In this document: piece after piece, positions 1-21,417 of the stretch
How positions within the stretch are numbered: the first letter of the stretch is position 1
How the letters are laid out: each line of letters starts with the position of its first letter
DNA from: Dictyostelium discoideum
Lineage: Eukaryota
Direction: 5' to 3'
Assembly (NCBI GenBank): GCA_000004695.1
Contig: CM000151.3
Location: forward strand, 1,568,001 to 1,632,000
Length of the DNA: 64,000 bases
Program-made: the position numbers and the translations under genes
The notes under the pieces: generated by a model
Told to the model about the DNA's origin: nothing
Seen by the model: only the letters and a program-made list of their open reading frames with translations
The model's database searches: none

Positions 1-172
1 ATCTGTACTCTTTGTATACCCAGCAGGACAATTACAATTGTAACTACCTTGAGTATTTGCGCAGGTAGCTGGTGAAACACATTTGTGAGTTCCAGTTGTG
101 CATTCATCAATATCAGTTGAACATACTGGGAAATTTGTATATCCATTTTGACATACACTTTGACCCTAAAGT

Positions 173-235
<63 letters not shown>

Positions 236-649
236 TTAATTAGAATTAAAAATTTTTATTTTCCCAACTTAAGTTTTTTTTTTTTTTTTTTTTTTGTTTT
301 GTAAAATAAAAAAATACTTACATAGTCCCAAACTGAAACTACTCCAACTTTGGCTCCGGGACTGCTTTCACATGATGCTCTACCAGCTTGTGAAACAGAT
401 GGAGAAGAATTTACTTCGAAAACTGTATTTGGATATAATGGGACATCACATTTAAATGATACAAAATATCTATTTGTATTATCCAAAGTATCATTTTGGT
501 TTGACCATGGTGAAGTTGTAGCTCCATCACCACAGGACCCACCAACTGAACGAAAAACAGACATATCCGTAATAACTCTAGCCATTTGGCAATCCTTTTT
601 ATTAATATTATTATTTTTATTATTATTATTATTTTTATTATTATTATTA

Positions 650-742
<93 letters not shown>

Positions 743-983
743 TACATATTTTTGAAAAATTAGTAAATTATTTAAAAAAAATAAATTTCATTATCATTAA
801 AAATAAACATACAACTGAATTTACTTGATTATTTTTTATATTATGATAGTTCCAAGCTTTTAATGTGGCCCCAGCTGGGCAATTTGGTGCTGCTGTATAA
901 CCAAGATAAACATTGTTTACACCAGAAGATGTTATACACTAAATTCAAGGATAATAAATTTAATAATAAGTATACAACCATTT

Positions 984-1017
<34 letters not shown>

Positions 1018-1430
1018 CAAAAAAAAAAATACAAAAAAAAATACAAAAAAAAAAAAAAAAATCAATTTATTATTATTTTTTAATGGTACTTACATAAGAA
1101 GAACTAATTAAGGTTGAGCCTGAGTGACAATTATTGCTACCCTTTATTATCGAATATTACATAGTTTAAATTATTATTTTTGATTTTTAATATTTAAATA
1201 TTAATGATTTGGAGAAAAAAAAAAAAGAAAAGAAAAAAAAATAAAAAAAAAATAAAAAATAGTTGATGTTAGTGGGGGTTAAAAAATTCCGAGTGATCGA
1301 TTTAAATCACACACTTACAGGATTCCATGTGTATCCACTTGGACAAATTTGTCCAAATGAAAAAGAAGTTAAACTATTTAAAAAAATAAAAACTAATAAT
1401 AAATTAGAAATCAAATTTAATTTCATTTTT
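1..1430 (-). CDS. Secreted cysteine-rich protein with calcium-binding EGF-like domain. The 3' part of the gene continues beyond the window start. Proposed exons (minus strand): 1323..1430, 1094..1141, 825..938, 322..594, <1..165
   Basis: Met plus signal peptide MKLNLISNLLLVFIFLNSLTSFS starts at 1430. GTAAGT/GTAAAT donors (reverse complement 'acttac' at 1088 and 316, 'atttac' at 819) and AG acceptors keep phase 0 across all junctions. The last visible exon encodes ...CSTDIDECTTGTHKCVSPATCANTQGSYNCNCPAGY, which carries the D-x-D-E-C cbEGF signature. Introns consist of (AAT)n, (ATT)n and poly-A. Confidence 0.55.
606..735. repeat. (ATT)n microsatellite of about 130 bp, intronic in the gene at 1..1430
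   Basis: Uninterrupted tta/att triplet run seen in the sequence. The III.../YYY... ORFs over this run in the ORF track are translation artefacts. Confidence 0.9.
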
Positions 1431-1865
1431 TAATTATTATTTTTTATATGAAAAATTGAAAATAAAGGGAATAAAGGGATTAAAAAAAAAAAATGATATT
1501 GTTGCTGGGAAAAATTATCATTGCGCGGAGTTTGTGTGAGAAAAACGTTCGAAAAAATGAAAAATAAATAAAAATCATTGAAAAGGAAGATATCAGTGGT
1601 TTTTTGAAATGAAAGCAGTTGGAATGAATCCATTTAATAAAAATATATGCTTGTCGGGTTTTTCTATGACAGATGATCATAGATAGAGTAGATATTTTGG
1701 ATTTCAAAAAATATCACACACTTTTTTTTTTTGATTTTTATAATTTTATTTTTTTCATTTTTTTTTTGATTTTTTTTTTTACCAACCGTCAACCAGCACC
1801 AATTTTATTTAATTTCGTCAAAAAAACAGTTCAAAAATTAATACGATTTTTGACTATAAATAATA

Positions 1866-2030
1866 CCAGGGTCTTAAATGAAATAAACAAATTTAACATT
1901 ATGATTCTAAATTTGTAAAATTTTTTTATAAAAAAAAAAAAAAATTTTTTTGTTTTTATTATTTTTTTTTTTTTAAAAATTTTACAAATTTAGAATCATA
2001 TTGTTAAATTTGTTTATTTCATTTTAATTT
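1866..2030. repeat. Large inverted repeat with about 49-bp arms (one mismatch) around a spacer of about 60 bp that is itself an A15/T-run palindrome
   Basis: Left arm 'taaatgaaataaacaaatttaacattatgattctaaatttgtaaaattt' (1866-1916). Right arm 'aaattttacaaatttagaatcatattgttaaatttgtttatttcatttta' (about 1978-2028) is its reverse complement. A partial third copy lies at about 2090-2125. Confidence 0.8.
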
Positions 2031-2335
2031 AATAATTTCATATTTTATATCTTTTTTTTTAAAAAAATATAAAATAATAAAGATAAAAAATTCTAAATTT
2101 GTTTATTTTATTTTAATTTTTAATTTTATATTTTATATCTTTGTTTTTTTTTTTTTTTTTAAAAAAAAAAAATATTTAAGGATTTAGGTTTGGTATAATA
2201 AAAATTATTAACAACTCGAAAAAAATAAGATTACATAGATTTATAATCTCCCCACTCTTAATTAATATATAATTTCAATTTTCTAATCATACAACTTTCA
2301 TTCTAAATATGAATAATTCCAACACGGGGCACATA

Positions 2336-2382
<47 letters not shown>

Positions 2383-2389
2383 CAAAAAA

Positions 2390-2594
2390 ATTTAAATTCA
2401 TTTAATAGATTTTCTGTTATTACTTTTTAAATTATCTTAAAAATTATTTTATAATATAAAACTTTTTATATCAAAAAAAAAAAAAAAAAAAAAATTTATT
2501 TCTTTTAATTTCAATTATAAGATAATTAAAAATTCATTTAATAGATTCTGTGTTATTATCCTTTTAAATAATCTTAAAAAATATTTTATAACAC

Positions 2595-2632
<38 letters not shown>

Positions 2633-2680
2633 AATTTCTTTTAATTTCAATTATAAAATAATTAAAAATTCAAATAATAA
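2390..2680. repeat. Tandem duplication of a unit of about 135 bp (two copies)
   Basis: 'ttcatttaatagatt(t)tctgttatta..tttaaat(t/a)atcttaaaaa(a)tattttataa' and 'tttcttttaatttcaattataa(g/a)ataattaaaaattca' each occur twice in the same order, about 135 bp apart. Confidence 0.75.
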
Positions 2681-2827
2681 TTATTTCATTAAAAAAAATA
2701 AAAAAAATAAAAACAAAGAAAGAGTATTTAAGGAATGTAATTTCTTTTTTTTTTTTTTCATTTCAAAAATAAAACAATTAAAACAACAATTAAACTCAAA
2801 CAAATAATATCAAACAAATAAATAAAA

Positions 2828-3463
2828 ATGACACACACTAAATTAAAAGGTAATATATTAAAAATATTATTTTTGAAATTATTATTATTTTAATTAACTT
2901 TTATTTTATTATATTTTAATTTATTTTTTATTATTTTAGAAGGAGACGTTTCACCAAACTTTAATGCACCAGACCAAAATGGAATTCGTTTAACCTTGGA
3001 TGATAGTAAATTCCAGAATAAAACTATAATAATTTTCTTTTATCCAAAGAATGAAAGTAAATCTGGTGCAAATATGGCACGTGAATTTAGAGATAACTAT
3101 CAAATTCTAAAAACATTACAATGTGAAGTAATTGGAGTTAATTATGATGATCACCAAAAAAACCAACAATTTGCCCAATTTAATGATATTCCATTTTCAA
3201 TGTTATCTGATACTGATGGAGCAATTGCAAGAAGATTTGGAGTTCACAAAGATTTGTTAATTTTTCCTTCAAAAACAACATTTGTTATTAACAAAGAACA
3301 TAGAATTGATACTATTTATTCGAATCCAATTAAAGTTGAATCACATCTAAAACAAGCATTAAAAGCTGTTGAAAAAATGAAAAATTCACCACAAAATTCT
3401 ACCAATCATACTGTAGCTTCTAATACAACAACAAACCCTGCTGTTAGTAATCCAATTTCATAA
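2828..3463 (+). CDS. PrxQ/BCP-family peroxiredoxin-like (thioredoxin-fold) protein lacking both catalytic cysteines. Exons 2828..2849 and 2940..3463
   Basis: ATG at 2828. The first exon MTHTKLK ends in phase 1 at the donor gtaata. The acceptor ttttag lies at 2934-2939. The product ...LKEGDVSPNFNAPDQNGIRLTLDDSKFQNKTIIIFFYPKNESKSGANMAREFRDNYQ...MLSDTDGAIARRFGV aligns with E. coli BCP '[26 protein letters not shown]...LLSDEDHQVCEQFGV', but TPGC becomes SKSG and the resolving Cys becomes Arg. The C-terminal tail is S/T/N-rich. Confidence 0.7.
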
Positions 3464-3509
3464 TTTTTAATAATAAAAATTGTTTCCTCCGTTTCTAAAT
3501 TAAAAAATA

Positions 3510-3554
<45 letters not shown>

Positions 3555-4221
3555 AACAAAAAAAAAAATTCTTCAAAATAAATATTTTTATTTTTATTAT
3601 TATTTATTTTGATTGCAGTAACAATGTAATAATATTTATTCTTTACAAAAAAAAAAAAAAAAAATAAAAAAAAAATTAAAAAAAAAGTTGAAAAAAAAAA
3701 AAAAAAAAAAGGATTTGGTTTTTTTTTAGGGATCTAAGTAAACTGGGCGTTCGTGTGTGCAATATATAATTTTAATTTGGAATTCTTTTTTAATTTTTAT
3801 TTTTTTTATTAAAAATTTTAATTAATCTAAATGTATACATTCTTTTTTTTTTTTTTTGTTATTATTTTTTTATTTTTTTTTTTTTTTTTTTTTTTTAATT
3901 TTTTTTTGTTTTTTTTTTTTAATTTAAATAATTAATTAATTTTTAAAACATATCTCAAATAAAAAATAAAAAAAAAAATAAAAATAAAAAAAAAAAAAAA
4001 AGCGCAAACGTCGTCAAAAAATTTAAAAAAAAAAAAAAAAAAAAATCTAGCTTGTTAACAATTAAAAATCAAAAAATCAAAAGAAAAAAAGAGAATAATA
4101 AAAATAATAAAATAAATTTAAAATTTTAATAATAATAAAAATAATAATAATAATATTAAAAAAAAAATCAAAAAAAAAAAAAAAAAAGAGATTACCTGTT
4201 GTTTATTTTCCATTCCCACAA

Positions 4222-4265
<44 letters not shown>

Positions 4266-4925
4266 ATTTTTTTTTTTTTTCAATTTTCAAAACAAAAAAT
4301 AATTTTTTATTTTATTTTTTATTTTTTTTTTTTATTTTTTTTTTTTATTTTTTATTTTTTTTTTCTCACAAAACATTCACACAAGCCCAAATTTATAATC
4401 CAATCAACATTGACCAATAACAATCCAACAAATTTTTTTTTTTACACTGTGTGAATTATTATATTAAAAACAAAAAAATAAAATAATTTTAAAAAAAAAA
4501 AGATTTCAAATAAAAATAAAAAAAAAAAACTCTCATAATTATGTGTAGAGTTGAATAAAACAATAAAATATTTAAATAATATCTTGAATAAAAAAAAAAA
4601 AAAAAAATAAAAAAAAAAAAAAAATAAGCAACCTCAAGCTGTCAATCAATAAAAATAAAAATAATAATAATATCACTACAAATTGTACTACTAGATTAAA
4701 ATAAAAATTTAATATTTTTTAAGTTTTTACATCAATTTATTTATTTATTCGGTTCAAATATATACAAAAGTTTTATTAGTAGTATATATATTTTAAAATA
4801 TCTTAAAAAACATCCCTCATCACAAATCTCAAAAAAAAACTCAAAAAAAAAAAAAAACACAAAACCACACACACAATAATTGATCTTTTCTTTTTATATA
4901 AATAAATTAAATAATTCATATTGAA

Positions 4926-11568
<6,643 letters not shown>

Positions 11569-11692
11569 TCTTTAAAAATTTTTAGTAATTTGTGGATAAA
11601 ACTAAAATTTTATCCATAAATTACTATTTGTAAATTTCAAAACCAAAAAAAAAAAAAAAAAAAAAAAACTTCTTTCATTATTATTATTATTT

Positions 11693-11726
<34 letters not shown>

Positions 11727-11847
11727 GATATATTTTTATTTTTTATTTTTAATTTTTAATTGTTGATAATAAATACTACTATTTTATAAAAACATTTCTA
11801 TGGCCAAAAAAACCATAACAATGTAATTATGAAATAGTACTAAATAT

Positions 11848-12576
11848 TTAAAGAGGTCGAGCATGACCAACCCTAGCGTGGATATAAAAATCTAAAGCTA
11901 AAAATTCCATAAAAATTTGAATTAGCTGAGGAATGGCAGAATTGACAATAATTTGGCCAAAGGGACCCGTTTCAAGAAAATCTAAATAATCAACGACATA
12001 CTTAAAACAAGGGTCAAGAGAGTTTAAGATTACACATGATTTTGGTGGTCCAAATTTTATTTTGGGGAATGGTTCTAGAAAGAGATTTGGTTGATTTAGT
12101 GTTTCTGGTAATTTTCCAATACCCTTAGTAGCTTCTCTAAGAGTTCCCGATAAACGTATGATATTGCACTCGTGTTCTTCGATTACTGGGTCAATTTGTG
12201 GTTCATTGACTAGACCTCCAAGAATTAATTCTAAATGTAGATTTTCTTGAGATGGTGGAGGTGGCGGTGGTAGTGGTGGTGGTGGTGGTGGTGGTGGTGG
12301 TGGTGGTGGTGGTGGTGGTGGTGGTGGTGGTGGTGGTGGTGGTGGTGGTGGTGGTGGTGGTGGTGGTGGTGGTGGTGGTGGCGGTGGTGGTGGTGCCGGT
12401 GGTAGTGGTGGAGGGAGCTCTATTACCATTTTTTCATTAAAATTATATTTCAAGAATAATGGACATTGTTTTGCTATGATCTTAAATAATTCGGTTTTAT
12501 TTATTAAAGATCTATTTTTGCCATTTTCCATTGCTTTGCAGTTTGAATATTCATTAGATTTGTTGTGTAAATCCAT
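11848..12576 (-). CDS. Proline-rich protein, paralogue A, with an unrecognised conserved C-terminal domain
   Basis: 242-aa ORF. The poly-Pro tract is encoded by a near-perfect (GGT)n on the plus strand at 12262-12400. The C-terminal domain VIEEHECNIIRLSGTLREATKGIGKLPETLNQPNLFLEPFPKIKFGPPKS...ARVGH is shared with the ORF at 14590..15300. A 5'-UTR intron is possible (reverse complement 'cttacat' at about 12830) but was not resolved. Confidence 0.6.
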   Translation of the reverse strand: MDLHNKSNEYSNCKAMENGKNRSLINKTELFKIIAKQCPLFLKYNFNEKMVIELPPPLPPAPPPPPPPPPPPPPPPPPPPPPPPPPPPPPPPPPPPPPPPPLPPPPPPSQENLHLELILGGLVNEPQIDPVIEEHECNIIRLSGTLREATKGIGKLPETLNQPNLFLEPFPKIKFGPPKSCVILNSLDPCFKYVVDYLDFLETGPFGQIIVNSAIPQLIQIFMEFLALDFYIHARVGHARPL

Positions 12577-13204
12577 TTTTTAATTGTACAAAAAAAAAAA
12601 ATTCTACAGGAAAGGAATAAACTATTAAAAAAGATAATATTATTATTTTGTACTAATTTTTTCTTTTTTTTTTTTTTTTAAACAGCATTTTTTCCTTTTC
12701 ACAAAATTAAACGAAAAAAAGACATGAAAAATAAAACAAAAAAAATTAAAATAGAAAGTGGAAAAAGGTGATCACCTTTTTCCAAAAAAAAATAATAAAT
12801 AATTAAAAAAGACATAAACAAGACTTACATTTTATAAAAAATAATTTTTTGATGAAATTAACTATTGAAAAAACAATACCACAACGAAGGGAAAACTATA
12901 AAAAAAAAAAAAAAAAAAAAAAATTAAAAAAATTAAAAAAATTAAATAAAATTAAATGAAATTTCATTAAAAATTGTTAAATTACCTACCAACTTCAAAT
13001 GATCGATTATTTGAAATATTATATTATTATATTATATTATTTTTAGTTAAAAAAAAAGATTAAAAAATGAAAAAATAACTAATTTATTAAAAAGGATTAA
13101 AAAAAAAAAAAAAAAAAAAATTTAAATCTTCTAAAAAGGAATTTGATTAAAAAAAAAAAATTAAAAAAAAAAATTTGATTAATTAAGGAAAAAAAAAAAA
13201 AAAA

Positions 13205-13241
<37 letters not shown>

Positions 13242-13361
13242 AAATATATATATACATACATAAATAAATTAAAAAATCTAAAAAAAAAAACTTATATTAA
13301 TCAAAATAAAGAGAAATGAACAAAAAAAAAAAAAAAAAATAAAAAAAAAATAAAAATTTAT

Positions 13362-13393
<32 letters not shown>

Positions 13394-14196
13394 CAAAAAA
13401 AAATTCTATTCTGAAGTATTCATTTTGTTTCATATTCTTTCATTGGACCAAACAATTCACCTAAATAAATTAAATAAAATTAAAAAAAAAAAAAAAAAAA
13501 AATTAATTTATTTTATTTTTTATTTATTTTATTTTGTTTTTTATTTATTGTGTAGGGAAATTATTAATATGATTTTATTTTTTAGCGTTTTATGGGGTGT
13601 GCATTTAAACGCAATGGTAAAAATATTAATTTTAATTTAAAATTTTTTTTTTTTTTTTTTTAGGGGGCCTTTCCCACATTGTTTTTTTTCGATCAAAAAA
13701 ATAAAAAAAAAAAAAAAAGAAAATTGAGAAATTTTAAAAAAAAAAAATCACCCCAAAATATCGGCACCCCTTTTCGTGTAAAAACCGCGCCGGTGAATTT
13801 TTCCAAAAAAAAAAAAGAAAAAAAAAATTAATTTGGGCAAACCCGCAATTTTTTTTAAAAAAAAATTAATAATTAAATTAGCCAAATCCAAAAAAATAAA
13901 TAAGGAGATTATAGATTAAATTTATTTACTTTTTTTTTTTAAAACTAAATGGTAAATTTTTTTTTTTCATTTGATATTTTAGTGATGACTTTTGTCTTGA
14001 CTTTTCTAGTGTAATTTTTTTTTTTTTTTTTTATTTTCAAGATTTACTTATTAATTTTTTTATTTTTTTTTATTTTTTTCAAGATTTATTGGAAAACCCT
14101 ATCACTCCTTTTATTTTTTTTTTTTAATTTTCACTCCTCTTCATTTTTCTGATAAAAATTGAACCTTTTTTTTTTATTAAATCGGATCACTCTTTG

Positions 14197-14266
14197 TAAT
14201 TTCTCTTTTAACAACATCAATCACTTAAAAAGATATTAATAATTTTTTCTTAAAAATAAATCTTAA
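14197..14266 (+). pseudogene. Duplicated fragment of the kinase gene 3' end (last ~23 codons plus stop) marking the duplication breakpoint
   Basis: 'gtaatttctcttttaacaacatcaatcacttaaaaagatattaataattttttcttaaaaataaatcttaatc' matches 11501-11575 with a few substitutions and a 1-nt indel. Confidence 0.6.
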
Positions 14267-14589
14267 TCTTCAAAAATTTTTAGTAGTTTGTGGATAAAAC
14301 AAAAATTACTACTTTCAAAACCAAAAAAAAAAAAAAAAAAAAAAAAAGAAATTTCTTTCATTATTATAATTATTTATTTTATTTTTTTAAAGATATATTA
14401 TTATTATTATTATTGTTATTATTATTACCAACAATTGACGGTTTATTTTTATATTTTTTATTTTTTTTATTTTTATTTTTAATTTTTAATGGTTGATAAT
14501 AAAATACTACTATTTTATAAAAACATTTCTATGGCCAAAAAAACCATAACAATGTAATTATGAAATAGTACTAAATATTTTAAGGGAGG

Positions 14590-15300
14590 TCAAATATGGC
14601 CAACTCTAGCGAGAAAATAAATGTTTAAAGCTAAAAATTCTTCCAAAATTAGACATAACTCAGAGATGGCAGAATCGATAGTAATTTGGTCAATGAATTG
14701 ATCATTCATTTCAAAAAATTCTAAATACCTATTGAAAGAAATAACACAATGTTGGAGAGAGTTTAAGACTGATTTTGATTTTAGTGGTCCAAATTTTATT
14801 TTGGTGAATGGTTCTAGAAAGTGTTCTGGTTGATTTAGTGGGGCTGGTAATTTTCCAATATTATTAATCACTTCTCTTAAATTACTCGATATACGTTTGA
14901 TATTGCACTCGTGTTCTTCGATTACCTGGTCATTTCGTGGTTCATATGGTTCTCCAAGAGGTAATTCTAAATTTGGATTTTCTTGAGATGAAGGGGGCGG
15001 TGGTGGAGGTGGTGGTGGTGGAGCAGAAAGAGAAGGAGGAGTTTCTTGAAATGGCGACAGTGGTGTTAGTGGTAGTGGTACTGGTGGTGGTTGTACTGGT
15101 TGTTGTGGTGGTTTAGGATTTTCTTGAAGTGGTGCGGGTGGTAGAGTCATTAATGATACATGTATCAAAAACTTTGAAAAAATTGGATATTTTTTTGCTA
15201 GGGTCCTATAGATTTCAGTTTTATTTAATAAAGATCTAGTTTGGCCATTTTCGATAGCTTCAAAAATTGGACTTTCACTTGGTTCGTGGTGGAAATTCAT
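14590..15300 (-). CDS. Proline-rich protein, paralogue B
   Basis: 236-aa ORF. It shares the N-terminal (ENGxxRSLxNKTE...AK) and C-terminal (VIEEHECNIKRIS...IGKLP..LNQP..FLEPF.KIKFGP.KS...ARVGH) blocks with paralogue A. Its Pro-rich middle is degenerate rather than a pure repeat. Confidence 0.6.
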   Translation of the reverse strand: MNFHHEPSESPIFEAIENGQTRSLLNKTEIYRTLAKKYPIFSKFLIHVSLMTLPPAPLQENPKPPQQPVQPPPVPLPLTPLSPFQETPPSLSAPPPPPPPPPPSSQENPNLELPLGEPYEPRNDQVIEEHECNIKRISSNLREVINNIGKLPAPLNQPEHFLEPFTKIKFGPLKSKSVLNSLQHCVISFNRYLEFFEMNDQFIDQITIDSAISELCLILEEFLALNIYFLARVGHI

Positions 15301-15479
15301 TTTTAGTTGGGTGAAAAAAAAAAAAATAAAAAATAAAAAAAAAAAAAAAAAAAATTCTAAATGAAAGAATATTAATAATTTTGCGTATGTGTGTATAAAA
15401 AAACAATAAAATCCTTTTCACAAAAAATAAATATGAAAAATAAAACAAAAAAAATTAAAATAGAAAGTGGAAAAAGGTA

Positions 15480-15522
<43 letters not shown>

Positions 15523-15605
15523 AAACAAGATTGCTTACATTTTATAAAAAAAATTATTTGATGAAATTTACTATTAAAACCATAATCCCACAATGAAGGG
15601 AAAAC

Positions 15606-15646
<41 letters not shown>

Positions 15647-15954
15647 ATAAATTGAATTAAATTAAATTAAAAATAAATAAAATTAAATAAAATTAAAAAT
15701 TCTTAAATTACCAACCGACAAATGATCGATTATATGAAAAATTATTTTTAATTAAAAAAAAAAATAAAATGAAAAAAAAAAAAAAAATTGTCTAAAAAGG
15801 GATTTGTTTAAAAAAAAAAAAAAAAACTAATTTTGACAAAAAAAAAAAAAAAAAAAATTTACTAAAAATTTACTAGGTTAAATAGTAATTTGGTTAAAAA
15901 AAAAAAACCTAAAAAAAAAAAAAAAATATTTTGTGATTAAAAAGGAAAAAAAAA

Positions 15955-16004
<50 letters not shown>

Positions 16005-17057
16005 ATTGAATTCTATATACACAAATAAATTAATTATCTAAACCTACCTAAATAAAAAAATAAAATGTGAAATGGCCAAAAAAAAAAAAAAAAAAAAAAA
16101 AATCATTAATATAAAAAAAACAAAAAAAAATTAATAACAAAAATAAAAAAAAAAAAATTAAAAAAAAAAAAAAAAAAAAACAATAAAATTTCAAATTAAA
16201 TTATTGAACAAAAATAACTTATTTTATAAATATTTTTTTATATTGGGACAAACAATTCACTAAAAAAAATAAAAAAAACAATTAAAAAAAAAAAAAAAAT
16301 AAAATCTCAATTTTTTTTAATTATTTTTTATTTTTAATTTTTTTTTATTTATATGTTTTTATTTAAATAATAAAATTCTTTATTGGCTAGTGAAAATAAA
16401 TATTAAAAATACAATGATATAATATTTTTAGTCTTTATATATAGGGGGCGAATCCCACACAGATTCAATCGGTTCAAAAAAAAAAAAAAAATAAAAAAAA
16501 AAAAATAAAAAAAATTAATTTTAAAAAAAAAAAAATCACCCCCAAAATATCGAAACCCCTTTTTCCACGAACCACGCCAGCACCTGTTTTTTTTTAAAAT
16601 TTTTTAAATTCCATTACGATTTTTTTTTTTTAAATAAAATTAATTTTGAAAATAATAAAAAATAAATTAGCCCAATCCATAAAAATTAATAAAGAAATTA
16701 TAGATTAAATAAATTTATTTGGTTTTATATTTTTTCAAATTAATAACAAACCTAAAAAACTATGATGTGGTAATTTTTTTTTTTTTTTTCTTTGTCGATG
16801 ACTTTTGGCTTTAGTGTAATAAAGAAATAATTTATTATTTTAAAAATACTAAAAATAAAATTAGATTTATTTTTAAAAGTAATAAATAAAATAAAAAAGA
16901 ATTTATAAATTTTTTTTTTCAAGATTTTTTGAAAACCCCATCACTCATTTTTAATTTTTTTTTTTATTTTTTTTTAAATTTTCCCTCCTTTTTTTTTTCT
17001 TATAAAAATTGAACTTTTTTTTTTTATTAAATTTTTATTTTTTATTTTTTTGTTTTT

Positions 17058-17097
<40 letters not shown>

Positions 17098-17132
17098 TAT
17101 TTTATTATTTTATTTTTTTAATTTTGTTAAAT

Positions 17133-19851
<2,719 letters not shown>

Positions 19852-19873
19852 TAAAAAATCAAAGATAAAGACA

Positions 19874-19910
<37 letters not shown>

Positions 19911-20041
19911 AATTTAATTATTTGTTTATTTATACAACAAAACTCCTTTATTAATTTTTTGTCGAATTGTTTAATAAAATAAATAAAGGTTAAACCTAAT
20001 GTCAATAACATGTTTTATAATATTCATTAACTTTGATTTTT

Positions 20042-21130
20042 TCACTTGTTTTTACTTGACAAAAACCTTTTTAACATTTGTTCTCTTAGCAGTAATTCTT
20101 TTTCTTTTAATTCCTTATCAGTATCTTTCTCTTCTTCTTTTTCCTTTCCATCATTTTTCTCTTTTATTACCCATACTTTTTGGTCATGATAAAGTTGATT
20201 GGGATTTACCACTAAACTTGGGATATGAACAGGTTTTGTTGAGAGATCATTATGATTATAAATATTCTCTTTATACTGCCATGGCATTAAATACATATCA
20301 TCTTTACTTGTACTATTAAATTGGTTGTTTTCTTCTTTATCTTTTTGTTGTATTATTCGTTGTCGTTTATATTTATTAGTTAAAATTAATTTAAATTTAT
20401 CTAACCAATTTGAGAGATCAATAATTTTTGAGTCAATCTTTTCAATTGTTATTTCATTTTCACTCTTTAATTTTTCTTCAAATTCAATTCTTTCTAATAA
20501 TTCTTGTTCGTATAAGATTTTTTCATTTTCATAATCAATTTCTAATTGTTTGATTTCATCCAATTCTTGTTGAACTTTTTGTCTTTTTAATTGTTTTTTC
20601 AATTGTTTTCTTTCTTGTTTTCTTTCTTGTTTTTCTTTTTCTTTAAATTGTTGTTCTTTTAATTTCTCATTTTCAATTTCAATCATTTTCAATCTCATTT
20701 CTTCCTCGATTGCAATTAATTGATTCTTTACTTTTAATTTCATATCTTGTTCAATCTTTTCTTTTCTTTGTCTTTCAATCTCTTCATTCTTTATTTTTTT
20801 ATCATTTTCAATGATTATCTTTTCTTTTCTTTCTTTTTCTCTTTTTAATAAAAGTTCCTTTTCAAATTTCCTTTTTCTAATATTTTCAAATGAAAAATAA
20901 TTATTTTCATCAATTAAAATTTCATAATCTATTATTGAAATTATATTATTATTATTATTATTTGATAAGCTTTCACTATAAATTAATTTTTTATTTATCA
21001 TTTCATAAAAACATAATTTACAATCATTAATATTTTGAAATTGTAAAATTAGATTTATTGAAATTAAATCATCTTTTAAAATTTCAAAATTTCTATTTAT
21101 TAAAAAAAAAATATAAATTTAAAGTTAATT

Positions 21131-21189
<59 letters not shown>

Positions 21190-21329
21190 AAAAGAATATT
21201 ATACATACTTTATATCACCAAAATAGCTGAAAATAGATTTAATGTAATCTCCATTATTAAATATTAATTTTGGTAAATTATTAATTATTACTGTATCATT
21301 TATTTTATTAGAATTTAAATTTAAATTTA

Positions 21330-21417
<88 letters not shown>

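Larger units (their letters stand above)
14197..17035. repeat. Segmental tandem duplication, copy B
   Basis: See copy A. The junction is at about 14190-14197 ('...cggatcactctttgtaatttctcttttaacaacatcaatcactt...'). Confidence 0.8.

Noticed and set aside
350-828. Plus-strand ORFs 350..763 and 586..828 translating to long III.../YYY... runs
   Set aside because: They are read-through translations of the (ATT)n intronic microsatellite. The real gene is on the opposite strand with spliced exons.
12252-12440. Plus-strand poly-Val ORF over the (GGT)n tract
   Set aside because: It is the antisense reading of the poly-Pro-encoding repeat of the minus-strand gene.
12590-12840. Upstream 5' mini-exon for the proline-rich genes ('aaaatgtaagtc' donor-like sequence about 260 bp upstream in both copies)
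   Set aside because: The donor-like motif is conserved in both copies, but a matching in-phase acceptor before the ATG at 12576 / 15300 could not be established ('tctacag' in copy A is not conserved in copy B). It is left unannotated.
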